This document shows positions 1-10,520 of a DNA stretch of 64,000 nt, one piece after another (the first letter of the stretch is position 1; each line of letters opens with the position of its first letter). The translations under genes and the position numbers were made by a program. The notes beneath the pieces are model-generated. The model was not told where the DNA came from and did not search any database. It saw nothing but the letters and a program-made list of their open reading frames with translations. Source of the stretch: an uncultured delta proteobacterium (GTDB taxonomy: Bacteria > Myxococcota_A > Polyangia > Haliangiales > Haliangiaceae); NCBI GenBank assembly GCA_963848295.1, contig CAWKDB010000010.1, forward strand, positions 128,001 through 192,000, in the 5' to 3' direction.

Positions 1-1
1 C

Positions 2-505
2 GCGTTCAAGGCGAAGTTCAAGCCGAAGGCCTGGCATCCGATCTACATCTCGTATCCGCCTGACAAGCGCGGCATCGTCGCGCTGTTCGATACGCTGACC
101 GCGTTCGCCCGCGGCGGGCTGCTCCGCTTCGGGCTCGAGACCTTGCTTCGAGGTCCCGCGGTCGTCGTGCGCGCGCTCGCCGCGGTGCTGGTCGCCTGGA
201 CGTGCTTGCTCGCGCTACCGACCAGCGCGACGTATTTCCCGACGGCCGCTTGCCAGTGGGGTTGGGTCGGGTTCGACGTGCTGCTCGCGGTCGCGCTGTT
301 CGCGCTGGCTCGACGATGGCGGCAACCCCTCGCCGACGTGGTGGCGACCGCGGTGACGATCGACGCCGCCGTGACGATCACGCAGGGCTTCGCGTACGAC
401 CTACCGAGGCATTCGGCACCGGTCGACGTGATCGTGATCGCGATCGCGATGCTGGCGCCTTGCCTCGCGGCGCTTCTGCTGTGGAATGCGCGAGTTCACC
501 GATGA
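2..505 (+). CDS. 3' part of DUF2156 / MprF-type (aminoacyl-phosphatidylglycerol synthase C-terminal domain) protein with membrane tail; truncated by window start
   Basis: Frame of the 143..505 ORF is open back to base 2 and reads AFKAKFKPKAWHPIYISYP, matching the FKxKFxPxxWxPxY C-terminal motif of DUF2156; hydrophobic helices follow. Confidence 0.7.
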   Translation, partial: AFKAKFKPKAWHPIYISYPPDKRGIVALFDTLTAFARGGLLRFGLETLLRGPAVVVRALAAVLVAWTCLLALPTSATYFPTAACQWGWVGFDVLLAVALFALARRWRQPLADVVATAVTIDAAVTITQGFAYDLPRHSAPVDVIVIAIAMLAPCLAALLLWNARVHR

Positions 506-532
506 GCCTCTAAACCAGTCCGGAGACTCCAG

Positions 533-1669
533 ATGACCCGAACGAACGCTTGGTCACCGTGGCGCGCGGTTCTCGTTCTCTCGGTTACCGCGTGCAGCGG
601 AGCCGGGGCGGTCGAGTACGTCAATGGCAAGTGCCTGATCCGCGGCGTCGTCTCCACCCTGCCCCAGGTGGAAGCCCGCCAGGCGGAGCTCACCCAGCAC
701 ATTCTGTCGCGCCAGCCGATCCTCACCGGGATCGCGGTCGCCGCGGTCGTGATCGCGGGTGCGAGCTACGCCCAGCGCCTGTTCTCCGTGCTCGCGGCGC
801 GGCGAGCGTCCGCGACGACGTTCGCGGAGCGTCTGCGCGCCCGCATGGAACGCTACAGCGCGCATCCGGTCCGTTACTTCTCGATCCTCGGCGGGATGCT
901 CGCGATCCTGCTCGCCGCCGGCACCGCGTACATCCAGCTCGACGCCGACAAGCGGACGAGCGAGCGGGCTCTGACCACGCTCCAGTTCTGCCACCTCGCA
1001 CTGCGCACCGCGGACGAGCAGCGCGTGCTGACCCAGCAGCGCGACAACCTCGCGGCGATCCAATCGACCGCGGGTGACATCCGGGTGCTGGTCGACAAGC
1101 TGCCGCCGGCCGAGCAACAGAAGGCGCACGAGATCGTCAACTCGCTCACCGCTTCGCTCGGCCAACAGCGGGCGCTGGTGACCCGCTATGCCGCGCAAGC
1201 GGATGAATCGACCCGCGCGGTCCAGGAGCGCCAGGCCGATGTCGAGCGCGGCCTGTCGAAGCTCGACGGCGACGTCGGAACGCTGAAGGCCGTGCCCGAT
1301 CAGCTCGGGCGAATCGACGGTGCGCTACACGACGTCGGCGCCCGCAGCGATGATCTCGCCGGCAAGGTGGACTCCAACGGCGACCACCTCGAGACCATCG
1401 AGCGCATCGTCACCGACCTCGCGGCGCGGCCGGCACCCGTGTGCAACTGCGCGCCGCCGCCAATCGCCTCGGCGCCCGCGCCGGCCGAAGCGCACGCAGG
1501 ATCGGCGCACGTCACGGCGACACCCGCGAAGACGAGCGGGTCGCACGTCGCCGCGCCCGCGGTGGCCGCGCCGCCCGATCCGCCGGCGAAAGGCTCTGCA
1601 GCGCCCGCCGCGCCCGCCGTGCCGTCGGCGCCGAGCGGGCCACCGACGCCGGCCTCGTCGTCGCCGTGA
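533..1669 (+). CDS. Hypothetical membrane protein with coiled coil and Pro/Ala-rich tail
   Basis: GGAG RBS upstream, possible lipobox VTAC, two TM segments, heptad-rich centre. Confidence 0.65.
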   Translation: MTRTNAWSPWRAVLVLSVTACSGAGAVEYVNGKCLIRGVVSTLPQVEARQAELTQHILSRQPILTGIAVAAVVIAGASYAQRLFSVLAARRASATTFAERLRARMERYSAHPVRYFSILGGMLAILLAAGTAYIQLDADKRTSERALTTLQFCHLALRTADEQRVLTQQRDNLAAIQSTAGDIRVLVDKLPPAEQQKAHEIVNSLTASLGQQRALVTRYAAQADESTRAVQERQADVERGLSKLDGDVGTLKAVPDQLGRIDGALHDVGARSDDLAGKVDSNGDHLETIERIVTDLAARPAPVCNCAPPPIASAPAPAEAHAGSAHVTATPAKTSGSHVAAPAVAAPPDPPAKGSAAPAAPAVPSAPSGPPTPASSSP

Positions 1670-1681
1670 CCGGCGGTCGTG

Positions 1682-2488
1682 CTACTGCAAGAACGCGAGC
1701 GGCAGCGAGTCGGTGATCAGGGGCTCGTAAGGCGCGAGCGCGGCCGCGACATCGGCGGTCCCGTCGCACGCGTCGTGGAAGTCGAACAGGACCCAGCCAC
1801 CGCCGCGCGTGCCGGCGCGCTGGACCGCGGCGATGCCCGAGCTCGGATTCTTGCGACAGCCGGCCTTGAACGTCGCGGCGGCGACCGCGACCTGCGTCAG
1901 GTCGGCATCCGGTGTTTCGCTGCCGACCGCGAGCAGGCTCTGGTCGCCGCCCGAGACCGCGATCGTGTCGTCGGTCGGATCGGCGGTGCCGGCGGTGTCG
2001 ACGTCGACGACCCAGGCGACCTCGTCGAGGCCCGCGCCGACCACGTCGCCGGTGCCGACCATGATGTCCTCTTCGCCGTACGCGATCGTCAGGTGGTCCG
2101 TGTTCCCCGGCGTGACCGTGAGCGCGCCGATCCCGACGACGAGCATCGGCTGCCCGCCCGAGGTCACGCCGGTGAAGTCCATCACGAACGTCGCGAGCTG
2201 TGGCGTCCACGCGCCGGTCACGACGACGGTGCCGGCGTCATCCGCGCCGAACATCGGCGGACAGCCCGCGCCCAGGTCGATCTCGACGCGCGCGGCGGCC
2301 CCCGGCGCGACCACGTTCGCGCACGGCGACGAGTCACCACCGAGCGCGGACATCGCGACCGCGGCGAAGTAGGCGGTGGGCACCGCGGCGCCGAGCGTGC
2401 TCTCGAGCGGCTGGACGATCTCGGTCGCGTCCGGCTTCGTACAACCGCCGAGCAGGGAGACCAACGCGATCGCTCGCAGCGCGTGCAT
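1682..2488 (-). CDS. Hypothetical lipoprotein
   Basis: Lipobox LLGGC; beta-strand-like acidic composition. Confidence 0.7.
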   Translation of the reverse strand: MHALRAIALVSLLGGCTKPDATEIVQPLESTLGAAVPTAYFAAVAMSALGGDSSPCANVVAPGAAARVEIDLGAGCPPMFGADDAGTVVVTGAWTPQLATFVMDFTGVTSGGQPMLVVGIGALTVTPGNTDHLTIAYGEEDIMVGTGDVVGAGLDEVAWVVDVDTAGTADPTDDTIAVSGGDQSLLAVGSETPDADLTQVAVAAATFKAGCRKNPSSGIAAVQRAGTRGGGWVLFDFHDACDGTADVAAALAPYEPLITDSLPLAFLQ

Positions 2489-2578
2489 CGCACCATCCTT
2501 GCACGCCCGAGCTCCGAGCCAGAGACTTATCGCGACGGAGCCCAGACTTCGCCGGCCCGCGTGACCGCTTTCACACGG

Positions 2579-3592
2579 CTAGAAACTGCCGGTGTACGCG
2601 AGGCCGGTGTCATCGTGGCCGACGTGCAGCGTGACGTGAGAGCTCTCCTTGTGATGCGGCGCGAGCAGCAGGTACGCACCCGCGACGATCAGCACGCCGC
2701 TGCCGATGCCCATGCCGATCGCGACCCCGCGCAGCGTGTGGCCATCCGACAGCTGTGACCTGGCCTTCGTGAGGTCCGCTGCGGTCGCGCACTTCGAGTC
2801 GGGGCACAGCGTGTGCTCGTCGTCGAACTTGCCCGCCGAGAGCTCGTAGACCACCGCGGTCCCGATCAGCGCCGCGACGCCGACGCCGCCCGCGATCACA
2901 CCGTAGCGCTTGCGATGGTCGGTGGGCTCGGTGTCGGTCAGCCTCGGCGCCGGCGCAGGCGTCGCGGCTGGCTCGGTCGTGTCCGGCGGCGCAGGCGGCG
3001 GTGCAGGCGCTGGCGTCGGAGCCGGCGCGGGTTCGGCGCGCGGTTGCATGCGGATGATGACGTCGACCGTGCCGTGCGGGCGATCGACCGGCGCCGACGC
3101 GTGGCCCTCGTAGCCCGGCGCGGTCGCGGTGACCTCGTGCGGGCCGACATCGACCCGAATATCGCCGGTGCTCGCGACCTCGACGCCGTCGACCTTGATG
3201 ACGAGGCCCTCGGGCCGCGGGTTGATCGCGAACCGCAGCTTCGGCGCGAGCGTCTCGAGCCGCGCCGCTTTCTCGCTCGAGGTCTTGGCCCGGCCCGCGT
3301 TCGAGTCCTTCTCGGCCGCCGCGCGATAGAGCCGCGCCGCCGCCATCAGCTTGCCGTCTTGCTCGTAGCAGTCGGCGAGATCGAGCTCGGTGGCGATCTT
3401 CGCGTCGAGCTTCTCGCTCGCTTCGAATGCCTGACACGCCTCGTGAACTCGACCGGCGCGCAGCGCGATCTGGCCGTGCTCGAGCGCCCCGGCCGCGGTG
3501 TCGTCCGGATCGGCGCCGGCGACGCTCGCGTCGGCGAGCAGCGTGGCCGCGAGCAGCAGTCGGGTCGTGGTCTTGATCGATAGCTTGGTCAT
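2579..3592 (-). CDS. Secreted TPR + PEGA domain protein with C-terminal membrane segments
   Basis: Likely start MTKLSIK; signal peptide, TPR-like LADCYEQDGK, PEGA-like VGPHEVTATAPGY. Confidence 0.75.
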   Translation of the reverse strand: MTKLSIKTTTRLLLAATLLADASVAGADPDDTAAGALEHGQIALRAGRVHEACQAFEASEKLDAKIATELDLADCYEQDGKLMAAARLYRAAAEKDSNAGRAKTSSEKAARLETLAPKLRFAINPRPEGLVIKVDGVEVASTGDIRVDVGPHEVTATAPGYEGHASAPVDRPHGTVDVIIRMQPRAEPAPAPTPAPAPPPAPPDTTEPAATPAPAPRLTDTEPTDHRKRYGVIAGGVGVAALIGTAVVYELSAGKFDDEHTLCPDSKCATAADLTKARSQLSDGHTLRGVAIGMGIGSGVLIVAGAYLLLAPHHKESSHVTLHVGHDDTGLAYTGSF

Positions 3593-3596
3593 GGGC

Positions 3597-4985
3597 CTAT
3601 TCCTTGGCGATCGGCTGGCGCGAGTTGCCGAACTTGTCCTTGCTCGGGCCGCGCTCGGCGTCGCCCTTGACGTCGAAGTTGATGTTGTTGACGCCCGCCT
3701 TGATCGTGATCTCGGACTCGGCGGGCTCCGCGCTGCGCTCGCTCCACACCCGCGCCTTGTACTTCCCGGGCGCGAGGCTGCGGAAGTCGAACGGGTTCGG
3801 GCCCTCGACCGGAACGTACGCGGGCGCATCGATGACGAAGATGAACGACGCCATCTTCGCGTGGACGTTGCAGCCGAGCCGGACCATGCCGGTCTTGTCG
3901 AACTTCATCTCGCGCGACTGGCCGTTCTTGTAGAGGCCGAGGTCGAACGATTGGGTCGGCGAGAGCGAGAACACGTTGTGATAGAAGTCGTCGTAGTTCG
4001 GGAACGCGACGGTCGAGCCCGGCGGCACCGCGAGCAGGTGCGGCGAGAACGTCTTGTTGCGCTGCTCGACGACGCGATGCTTCGCGGTGCGCTTCGCGTA
4101 CTTCTTGTGTTCCGGGTACAGCATGACCAGGCCGACGCCGTCGAGCGGCTTGCCGTCGACCGTGATCGAGCCTTGCAGCGAGCCCGGCAGCTTCGTCGCC
4201 GACGGATCATCCTCGTCGGAGCTCCCGACGATCTTCGGCTGCGGCGGCGTGTCCTTCGGCATCTGCGTGATCGGCGAGTCGATGCGCTTCGGTGCGCCTT
4301 CGCGGAACGTCGACGCCGCGGACGCGACGACGTCGGGGCCCATGATGATCTCGACGCGGCTGAACAGCTGGTCCGCGTAGTTGCGCTGGCCGCGCTTGGC
4401 CGCGATGATCGCGGCCTTCATCAGCTCGAGCGCGGTCTTGTCGGTGACCTTCCCGAGCACCGCGGTCGCCTTCGCGAGCTGCGCGTCGCTGACCGGCTTC
4501 AGCCGATTCTTCGGCGTCACGATCGACGGCTCGAGCGGACCGAGCGCGCCGAGCAGCTCGCCCTTCTCCTTCGCGGGCACCTTGAACTTGTCGAGCGTCG
4601 CGGCGAGGTCTTCGACCAGCGCGGTGAACTCTTCATCGACCAGCTCCATCCCGGCGTGCGAGGTCTCCATGTCTTGCCCGCTGTACTTGCACGGGCCGCC
4701 GGTCGCCATGCACACGAACTCGACGAGCAGGCTCTTGAGCCGCGGGATGTCGGTGTTGATGAAGCGGAGCTTGATCCGATCGTCGGCCGCGACGCGACCG
4801 ATGAAGTCGTCGACCACCGCGACGATCGCTCGTTGCCCGCCCAGCCGATCGTAGAGCTCGGGCTGAGCCGCGGCGGGTTTAGCGCTCGCCGGAGCGGTCG
4901 TCGCTGTCGTCGTCGACCTCGGTGCCGCCTTGGCGCCACCACAGGCCATCATCACCACGCACGAGAGTGCTGCGAGCTTCGTCAC
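3597..4985 (-). CDS. Lipoprotein: group I truncated haemoglobin fused to cupredoxin (MauL-like) domain
   Basis: GTG start after GAGGAG; lipobox MMAC; LYDRLGG...TGGPCKYSG..M..SHAGM globin motifs; HNVFS...GCNVHAKM type-1 Cu ligands. Confidence 0.85.
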   Translation of the reverse strand: MTKLAALSCVVMMACGGAKAAPRSTTTATTAPASAKPAAAQPELYDRLGGQRAIVAVVDDFIGRVAADDRIKLRFINTDIPRLKSLLVEFVCMATGGPCKYSGQDMETSHAGMELVDEEFTALVEDLAATLDKFKVPAKEKGELLGALGPLEPSIVTPKNRLKPVSDAQLAKATAVLGKVTDKTALELMKAAIIAAKRGQRNYADQLFSRVEIIMGPDVVASAASTFREGAPKRIDSPITQMPKDTPPQPKIVGSSDEDDPSATKLPGSLQGSITVDGKPLDGVGLVMLYPEHKKYAKRTAKHRVVEQRNKTFSPHLLAVPPGSTVAFPNYDDFYHNVFSLSPTQSFDLGLYKNGQSREMKFDKTGMVRLGCNVHAKMASFIFVIDAPAYVPVEGPNPFDFRSLAPGKYKARVWSERSAEPAESEITIKAGVNNINFDVKGDAERGPSKDKFGNSRQPIAKE

Positions 4986-5004
4986 GATGCCTCCTCGGTC
5001 CTGG

Positions 5005-5298
5005 TTACTGGAACAGCACGCTGTAGGCGGCCGCGTTGTTGTCGTCGCCATCCGGATCCGGCAACGCCGAGAACGTGGAGTAGTCGGCGGGCGTCGGATC
5101 GCTGCTGTGGTTCTTGATCAGGTCGATCACGAACGACGTCAGCGTCGGGTTCGGCATCGAGCCGTCCGAGCCGGTCGTCAGCGCGTCCCCCGCGAGCGAG
5201 GGGTTGTCGTCGCCGCAGCCGGTAGATGCGAGCCCGAGCCCGACAGCGATAGCGATGCCAAAGCTCGCGCGGGCGAGCTGATTCCTCAATAACCTCAT
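5005..5298 (-). CDS. Small acidic lipoprotein
   Basis: RBS GAGGGAG, lipobox STGC, first gene of the globin operon. Confidence 0.65.
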   Translation of the reverse strand: MRLLRNQLARASFGIAIAVGLGLASTGCGDDNPSLAGDALTTGSDGSMPNPTLTSFVIDLIKNHSSDPTPADYSTFSALPDPDGDDNNAAAYSVLFQ

Positions 5299-5405
5299 GC
5301 GGTCTCCCTCGAGTAGTGGTGGACCCTCCAACTACGACCGTCCCCGCCAGGTGGATCGGTGGTTGGAGCGACTACTCGGAGGCGTCGAGGCCGGTGGCCC
5401 CTCCG

Positions 5406-6134
5406 CTACTCGGTGACGGTGGTGTTCGTGAACGCGTTCGCGTGGGCGTTGATCACGTGCGACTTGAACGAAGCGCCGGCCATCGCCGCGCTGACCGTGA
5501 CGTCCCCGGGCGGGACGTTGATGCAGAACCCGGCGCCGTCGGTGCCGGTCGAGATCTTGCCACTGGGCGTGCCGCCGGCGGTGTAGCGGTACAAGCCCGA
5601 CGCGGGGTCGCTCTGCACCGTCGCGCCTGTGATCGCGTCGCCAGCCGCGTCCGTGATCTCCACGACGATGAAGCCATTGGTCGCGGTCTGGCCGGTGATG
5701 ATGCCGAGCAGCCCGAAGTCTCCCGTGCTGATGAGGTCGAGGTCGGTCGACGTGTCGGCCTGAAACGGCTTGGCCGGGTAGACGTAGTTGTCGACGTAGC
5801 CCGACAGCGTCGCCTTGATGAACGCATCGACGACCAGGCCGTCGGTCGTGACCGAGAACGAGTACGTGCCGTCCGCGGCCGACGTGGTCGACGCGATCGG
5901 CGTGGTGTCGTCGCCGACCTTGTACAAGCCGATCGCGACGTTCGCGAGCGGGCTGCTGCCGCTCTGCCCCTGGTCGGTCGCGGTGCCCGACATCGTGATC
6001 ATCGGCGGAACGAACGGCGGCGCATCGAGGAACACCCGCGCATCGATCGGTTTGCTATCGGGCGGACCCGCGTCCGTGGTGGCGTGGCTGGAGCCGCAAG
6101 CCGCGAGAATCACGAACGACGCGTACAACTTCAT
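5406..6134 (-). CDS. Lipoprotein with carboxypeptidase-regulatory-like beta-sandwich domains
   Basis: Lipobox LAAC; TSAADGTYSF and TDGAGFCINVPPG motifs. Confidence 0.7.
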   Translation of the reverse strand: MKLYASFVILAACGSSHATTDAGPPDSKPIDARVFLDAPPFVPPMITMSGTATDQGQSGSSPLANVAIGLYKVGDDTTPIASTTSAADGTYSFSVTTDGLVVDAFIKATLSGYVDNYVYPAKPFQADTSTDLDLISTGDFGLLGIITGQTATNGFIVVEITDAAGDAITGATVQSDPASGLYRYTAGGTPSGKISTGTDGAGFCINVPPGDVTVSAAMAGASFKSHVINAHANAFTNTTVTE

Positions 6135-6241
6135 GCGCGGCAGCGTGCACCCGGTCCGGCCCGCCAATTCTCACATTTCGCTAACATCGACTGGGACGGC
6201 GCCGTGCGTCTGACAGCACTGGCGGTTAAGCTGCCGCCGCA

Positions 6242-8209
6242 ATGAGCGAACTTGCCGCGGTCACGATCACCCTTCCCGACGGAGCCCAGAAGACCGTGGC
6301 GGCCGGGACGACGATCGCCGACTTCGTGCGCGAGCAGATCGGGCCCGGGCTCGCGAAGGCCGCGCTCGCCGCAAAGCTCGATGGCGTCGAGGTCGATCTC
6401 AGCCGCACGCTCGATCGCTCGGGCCAGCTCGCGATCGTCACGGCGAAGAACCCCGAGGCGCTCGACCTCGTGCGCCACGATGCCGCGCACATCGTCGCGA
6501 GCGTCGTCCAGAAGCTGTTCCCCGGCACCCAGGTCACGATCGGCCCGACCACCGAAGACGGCTTCTACTACGACTTCGCGCGCGACAAGCCGTTCACGCC
6601 GGAGGATCTCGAGCTGATCGAGAAGGCCGCGAACGAGGAGGTCCGCGCCGATCACAAGTTCGTGCGCAAAGAGGTCACGAAGGACGAGGCGCTCGCTCTG
6701 TTCGGCAAGCTCGGCGAGAAGTTCAAGCTCGAGATCATCGAGGACATCTTCGGCAAGGGCGCGACCACGCTGACCTTGTACTCGCACGGCGATTGGACCG
6801 ACTTCTGCCTCGGGCCGCACGGGCCGTCGACCGGTCGGGTCGGCGTCATCAAGCTGCTGTCGGTCGCCGGCGCCTACTGGCGCGGCGATCATCGCAACGC
6901 GCAGCTCCAGCGGATCTACGGCACCGCGTTCTTCACGCAGAAAGAGCTCGATGCGTGGACGACCCAGCAAGAAGAGGCGCGCAAGCGCGATCACCGCAAG
7001 CTCGGCAAGGAGCTCGATCTGTTCGCGTTCCATCCCGCGGCGCCCGGTGCGGTGTTCTGGATGGCGCACGGCACGGTGATCTTCACGCAGCTCCAGACCG
7101 CGATGCGCCGGATGTGCCTCGCGAACGGCTACGTCGAGGTCAAGACGCCGCTGCTCTACAACAAGTCGCTGTGGGAGAAGAGCGGCCACTGGGGCAAGTA
7201 CCGCGAGAACATGTTCCTCATCCTCGATCCCGAGGCGCCGCCCGACGCTTCGCTCGACGACCGCGCGAGCTTTTCGTTGAAGCCGATGAATTGCCCCTCG
7301 CATCACCTGTTGTTCGAGATGAAGCGCAGGTCGTATCGCGAGCTGCCGCTGCGCCTGCATAGCCAAGACGTCTTGCATCGCAACGAGCCGACCGGCGTGC
7401 TGTCGGGGCTCACGCGCGTGCGCCAGTTCCAGCAAGACGACGCACACATCTACCTGATGGAGTCGCAGATCACCGACGAGGTGAAGCGGCTCACCCAGCT
7501 GATCGCGAAGGTCTACGGCGCGTTCGACCTCGAGTTCACCGCGAAGTTCGCGACCCGGCCGCCGAACAAGCTCGGCGATGACGCGCTGTGGGACAAGGCC
7601 GAAGGCGCGCTCAAGGCCGCGCTGGTCGAGACCGGCCTGCCGTACGAGGAGAAGCCGGGCGACGGCGCTTTCTATGGCCCGAAGATCGACTTCGACGTCG
7701 CCGATTCGATCGGGCGCAAGTGGCAGCTCGGGACGATCCAGCTCGACTACCTCGCGCCCGAGCGGTTCAATCTCGGCTACATCGGGCCCGACAACGTCGA
7801 GCACCGGCCGGTCGTGATCCATCGCGCGATCTACGGATCGTTCGAGCGGTTCATCGGCATCTTGATCGAGCACTACGCCGGCAACTTCCCGGTCTGGCTC
7901 GCGCCCGAGCAAGCGCGCATCCTGCCGGTCGCCGAGCGCCACCACGGGTGGGCCGAACACGTCGCCGAGACGATGCGCGCCCAGGGGCTGCGCGTCGAGA
8001 TCGACCGCTCGCAGAGCAAGCTCGGCGCGATGATCCGCGATGCGCAGCTCGCGAAGATCCCCTACGCGCTGGTCGTCGGCGACAAAGAGGTCGAGGCGAA
8101 GGGCGTGTCGCCGCGCAAGCACGGCACGGGAAAAGAAGCCGACCTCGGGTTGTTGGCCCTCGAGGCCTTTGTCACGCGGATCGCGGCCGAAGCGGCGATT
8201 CCGTTCTGA
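6242..8209 (+). CDS. thrS: Threonine--tRNA ligase
   Basis: TGS N-terminus, DFCLGPH editing motif, [41 protein letters not shown]. Confidence 0.99.
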   Translation: MSELAAVTITLPDGAQKTVAAGTTIADFVREQIGPGLAKAALAAKLDGVEVDLSRTLDRSGQLAIVTAKNPEALDLVRHDAAHIVASVVQKLFPGTQVTIGPTTEDGFYYDFARDKPFTPEDLELIEKAANEEVRADHKFVRKEVTKDEALALFGKLGEKFKLEIIEDIFGKGATTLTLYSHGDWTDFCLGPHGPSTGRVGVIKLLSVAGAYWRGDHRNAQLQRIYGTAFFTQKELDAWTTQQEEARKRDHRKLGKELDLFAFHPAAPGAVFWMAHGTVIFTQLQTAMRRMCLANGYVEVKTPLLYNKSLWEKSGHWGKYRENMFLILDPEAPPDASLDDRASFSLKPMNCPSHHLLFEMKRRSYRELPLRLHSQDVLHRNEPTGVLSGLTRVRQFQQDDAHIYLMESQITDEVKRLTQLIAKVYGAFDLEFTAKFATRPPNKLGDDALWDKAEGALKAALVETGLPYEEKPGDGAFYGPKIDFDVADSIGRKWQLGTIQLDYLAPERFNLGYIGPDNVEHRPVVIHRAIYGSFERFIGILIEHYAGNFPVWLAPEQARILPVAERHHGWAEHVAETMRAQGLRVEIDRSQSKLGAMIRDAQLAKIPYALVVGDKEVEAKGVSPRKHGTGKEADLGLLALEAFVTRIAAEAAIPF

Positions 8210-8217
8210 CCTCGCAA

Positions 8218-8859
8218 TCAGCCGCGGCTCGCGCCCGGCGGAACTCCGCCGACGAGCTCGTCGTCGCGCAGCGCGCCGCGCGACCACAACGTGCGGCTGA
8301 CCATGACGCGAAACACGTCGAGCATCGCCGCCTCGACGCGCTCGCCCGCGTCGCCCTCGAGCACGCGCAACGCTCGCGCGATCGCTTCGAGCGTCGCGAG
8401 CCCACCCTGCTTCGGCTCGGCGCGCAGTCGATATTCGGTCGCGCGCGGATCGTCGAGCGTGACCTGGCGCGCGCGTTCGAGCCCGGGCACGCGCTTGGCC
8501 ATCTTCGCGGCCTGGCGCCAGTTGCCGTCCGGAACGATCAGCATCCAGCGCTCGGCCGGCGCCTCTGCGATCGCGTGCGCGAGTGGCACGGCATCGTCGC
8601 CGGGATAGAGCAGCAACGCGCGCGCGGTCGCAGGCACCGTCACCGGCCGATCGCGCTCGCCGATGATCGCGACGCGACTGTCGACGACGCAGCGCGCGGC
8701 GAGCACGCCGGTGTTCGTCGGCTTGCGCGCCTCGCGATAGTGCAAGAGCACGACGAGCTGGGTCCGCGTCACGAGCCGCGGGATCAGCGTGCACACGCAC
8801 AAGCCGGCGAGCATCCGGCACTCGGGACAACGCGCATCGCGGTGAGCGCGCCGACTCAT
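8218..8859 (-). CDS. DTW-domain tRNA-uridine aminocarboxypropyltransferase (TapT/YfiP family)
   Basis: RCPEC..LCVC, HYREARKPTNTG, PDGNWRQA, YRLR...LATLEA. Confidence 0.9.
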   Translation of the reverse strand: MSRRAHRDARCPECRMLAGLCVCTLIPRLVTRTQLVVLLHYREARKPTNTGVLAARCVVDSRVAIIGERDRPVTVPATARALLLYPGDDAVPLAHAIAEAPAERWMLIVPDGNWRQAAKMAKRVPGLERARQVTLDDPRATEYRLRAEPKQGGLATLEAIARALRVLEGDAGERVEAAMLDVFRVMVSRTLWSRGALRDDELVGGVPPGASRG

Positions 8860-8881
8860 CGCCGCAATGATATATGAACGC

Positions 8882-9229
8882 ATGATGCTGCGCTGGCTCG
8901 TGCTCTCGGTCGCCGTCGCTTGCGGCTCTACCCGCGTCGCGACTCCGCCCGCGCCGCCACCGCACGAGCCGCCCGCCGAGCCACCGCCGTCGTGCCCGCC
9001 GGGCCAGTTCGTCGACGACGTCACGGACGGCATGGTGAATCCCGACGGGACGCAGACTCGGAGCACCAACTGCCGGTCCTTCCCGGAACCCTGCGCCGCG
9101 ACGCCGACCTGCGACTGCATGAAGACGCTCGGCTACTCGATGTGCAGTGACGACGGCCATGGCCTGCTCAAGATCATCGAGCTGCGGCCGTCGGTGGCAC
9201 CTGCCCCGCCGGGACCACCTCGGCGGTGA
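8882..9229 (+). CDS. Small Cys/Pro-rich lipoprotein
   Basis: Lipobox VAC; six Cys in mature part. Confidence 0.6.
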   Translation: MMLRWLVLSVAVACGSTRVATPPAPPPHEPPAEPPPSCPPGQFVDDVTDGMVNPDGTQTRSTNCRSFPEPCAATPTCDCMKTLGYSMCSDDGHGLLKIIELRPSVAPAPPGPPRR

Positions 9230-9299
9230 CTTGTTCGGCGGGCGATCGCCGCGGCGATTGTCGATCCGCGCCAGCCGGGACCGCGCCATACTCCGAGAC

Positions 9300-10406
9300 G
9301 TGCGTGGCGTTCTCATGTTGTTGGTCGCAGGCGCCGGCTGTGGACATCCGGCACCCGCCGGCGGTGATGGCTCCGGCAGTGAGATCGACGGCGGGATTCC
9401 GATCGACGTGCCGTTCCACGGTCCGATGGGCCCGGCCGGTCACTCGCAGCTCACGGTGAGCGGGCTCACCGCCGGTGCTGCGCTCGTCGATTTTCCGCTG
9501 CTCGTCGTGCTCGACGACGCGCGCGCAGACCTCGCGGCGATGGCATCGGATGCGTCGGACGTGCGGTTCTACGACGACGGTGGCAACGTGCTGGCGAGCG
9601 AGATCGAGCAAGCGGGCGATCCGGGCGTCGCGCCGCTCGTCGCGTGGGTGCGGATGCCCTCGCTCGTCGCGGGTACGACGCTGACCGTGAGCTATGGCGC
9701 GCCCGCGACCGACACCTCGGCGAGCTCGGTGTGGAGCGACGCGTACCTCGCAGTGTGGCACCTGTCTGACTCCGGCGTGGCGCACGATTCGACGAGCCAT
9801 CACTTCGATGGCACGCCGAACGGGACGAAGCGAGCCACCGGTCAGATCGGCGGCGGCCGCGCGTTCGCGAGCGCGAGCCCGGATTGGATCACGGTCACGA
9901 GCGGCACGGCGCTGACGACGGCGGTGCTCACGATGTCGGCGTGGATCGACCCGAAGATCGCACCGCCGACCTACTTCGTCGCGGTGTCGCGCGAGGCCGG
10001 CAGCGGGGACGACAACGCGCTGTGGCTCGGCGAGGGCAATGGCGCGCTCGCCGAGGCCTCGACCTCGAACAGCGGCGATGTGTCGATCGAAGGACCGGCG
10101 ATCGCGACGTCGCACTGGACACATCTCGCCGCGACGGTCGACGGCACGACCGGCGTGTTGTATGTCGATGCGACCTCGGTCGGCTCCGCTTCACTCGTCG
10201 GCTCGCTGATCAACGACCCGCTGCCGATCTTTCTCGGCGCCGCGCGCGATGGCGACGCTGCTGCGGGCATGCCCGACCACGACTTCGTCGACGGCACGCT
10301 CGACGAGATCCGGCTCGAGAACGTGGTGCGCCCGGCCGCCTGGCTGGTCGCCGACGACGCCGCGCAGCGCGATCGGTTGATCACGTACGGCGCGATCGAG
10401 CACTGA
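9300..10406 (+). CDS. DUF2341 + LamG/ConA-like domain lipoprotein
   Basis: DFPLLV, SDVRFYD, AWVRMP, AVWHL (DUF2341); WTHLAATVDG, GTLDEIRL (LamG); start chosen at GTG before signal peptide. Confidence 0.85.
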   Translation: MRGVLMLLVAGAGCGHPAPAGGDGSGSEIDGGIPIDVPFHGPMGPAGHSQLTVSGLTAGAALVDFPLLVVLDDARADLAAMASDASDVRFYDDGGNVLASEIEQAGDPGVAPLVAWVRMPSLVAGTTLTVSYGAPATDTSASSVWSDAYLAVWHLSDSGVAHDSTSHHFDGTPNGTKRATGQIGGGRAFASASPDWITVTSGTALTTAVLTMSAWIDPKIAPPTYFVAVSREAGSGDDNALWLGEGNGALAEASTSNSGDVSIEGPAIATSHWTHLAATVDGTTGVLYVDATSVGSASLVGSLINDPLPIFLGAARDGDAAAGMPDHDFVDGTLDEIRLENVVRPAAWLVADDAAQRDRLITYGAIEH

Positions 10407-10520
10407 CCTGCGGATTGCGCTACGCCGTGCGCGCGCGCTCGCTGCGCGATCACGCCACGAGCCGGCCGGGAATTTTGCCAGGGCTCGCGGAGGTCTAGCG
10501 GGTGCACAAGGAGGTCTGCC

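Noticed and set aside
6131..9316. 1061-aa minus-strand ORF antisense to thrS
   Set aside because: Arg/Ala-rich shadow frame produced by high third-position GC; no motifs; overlaps well-supported genes
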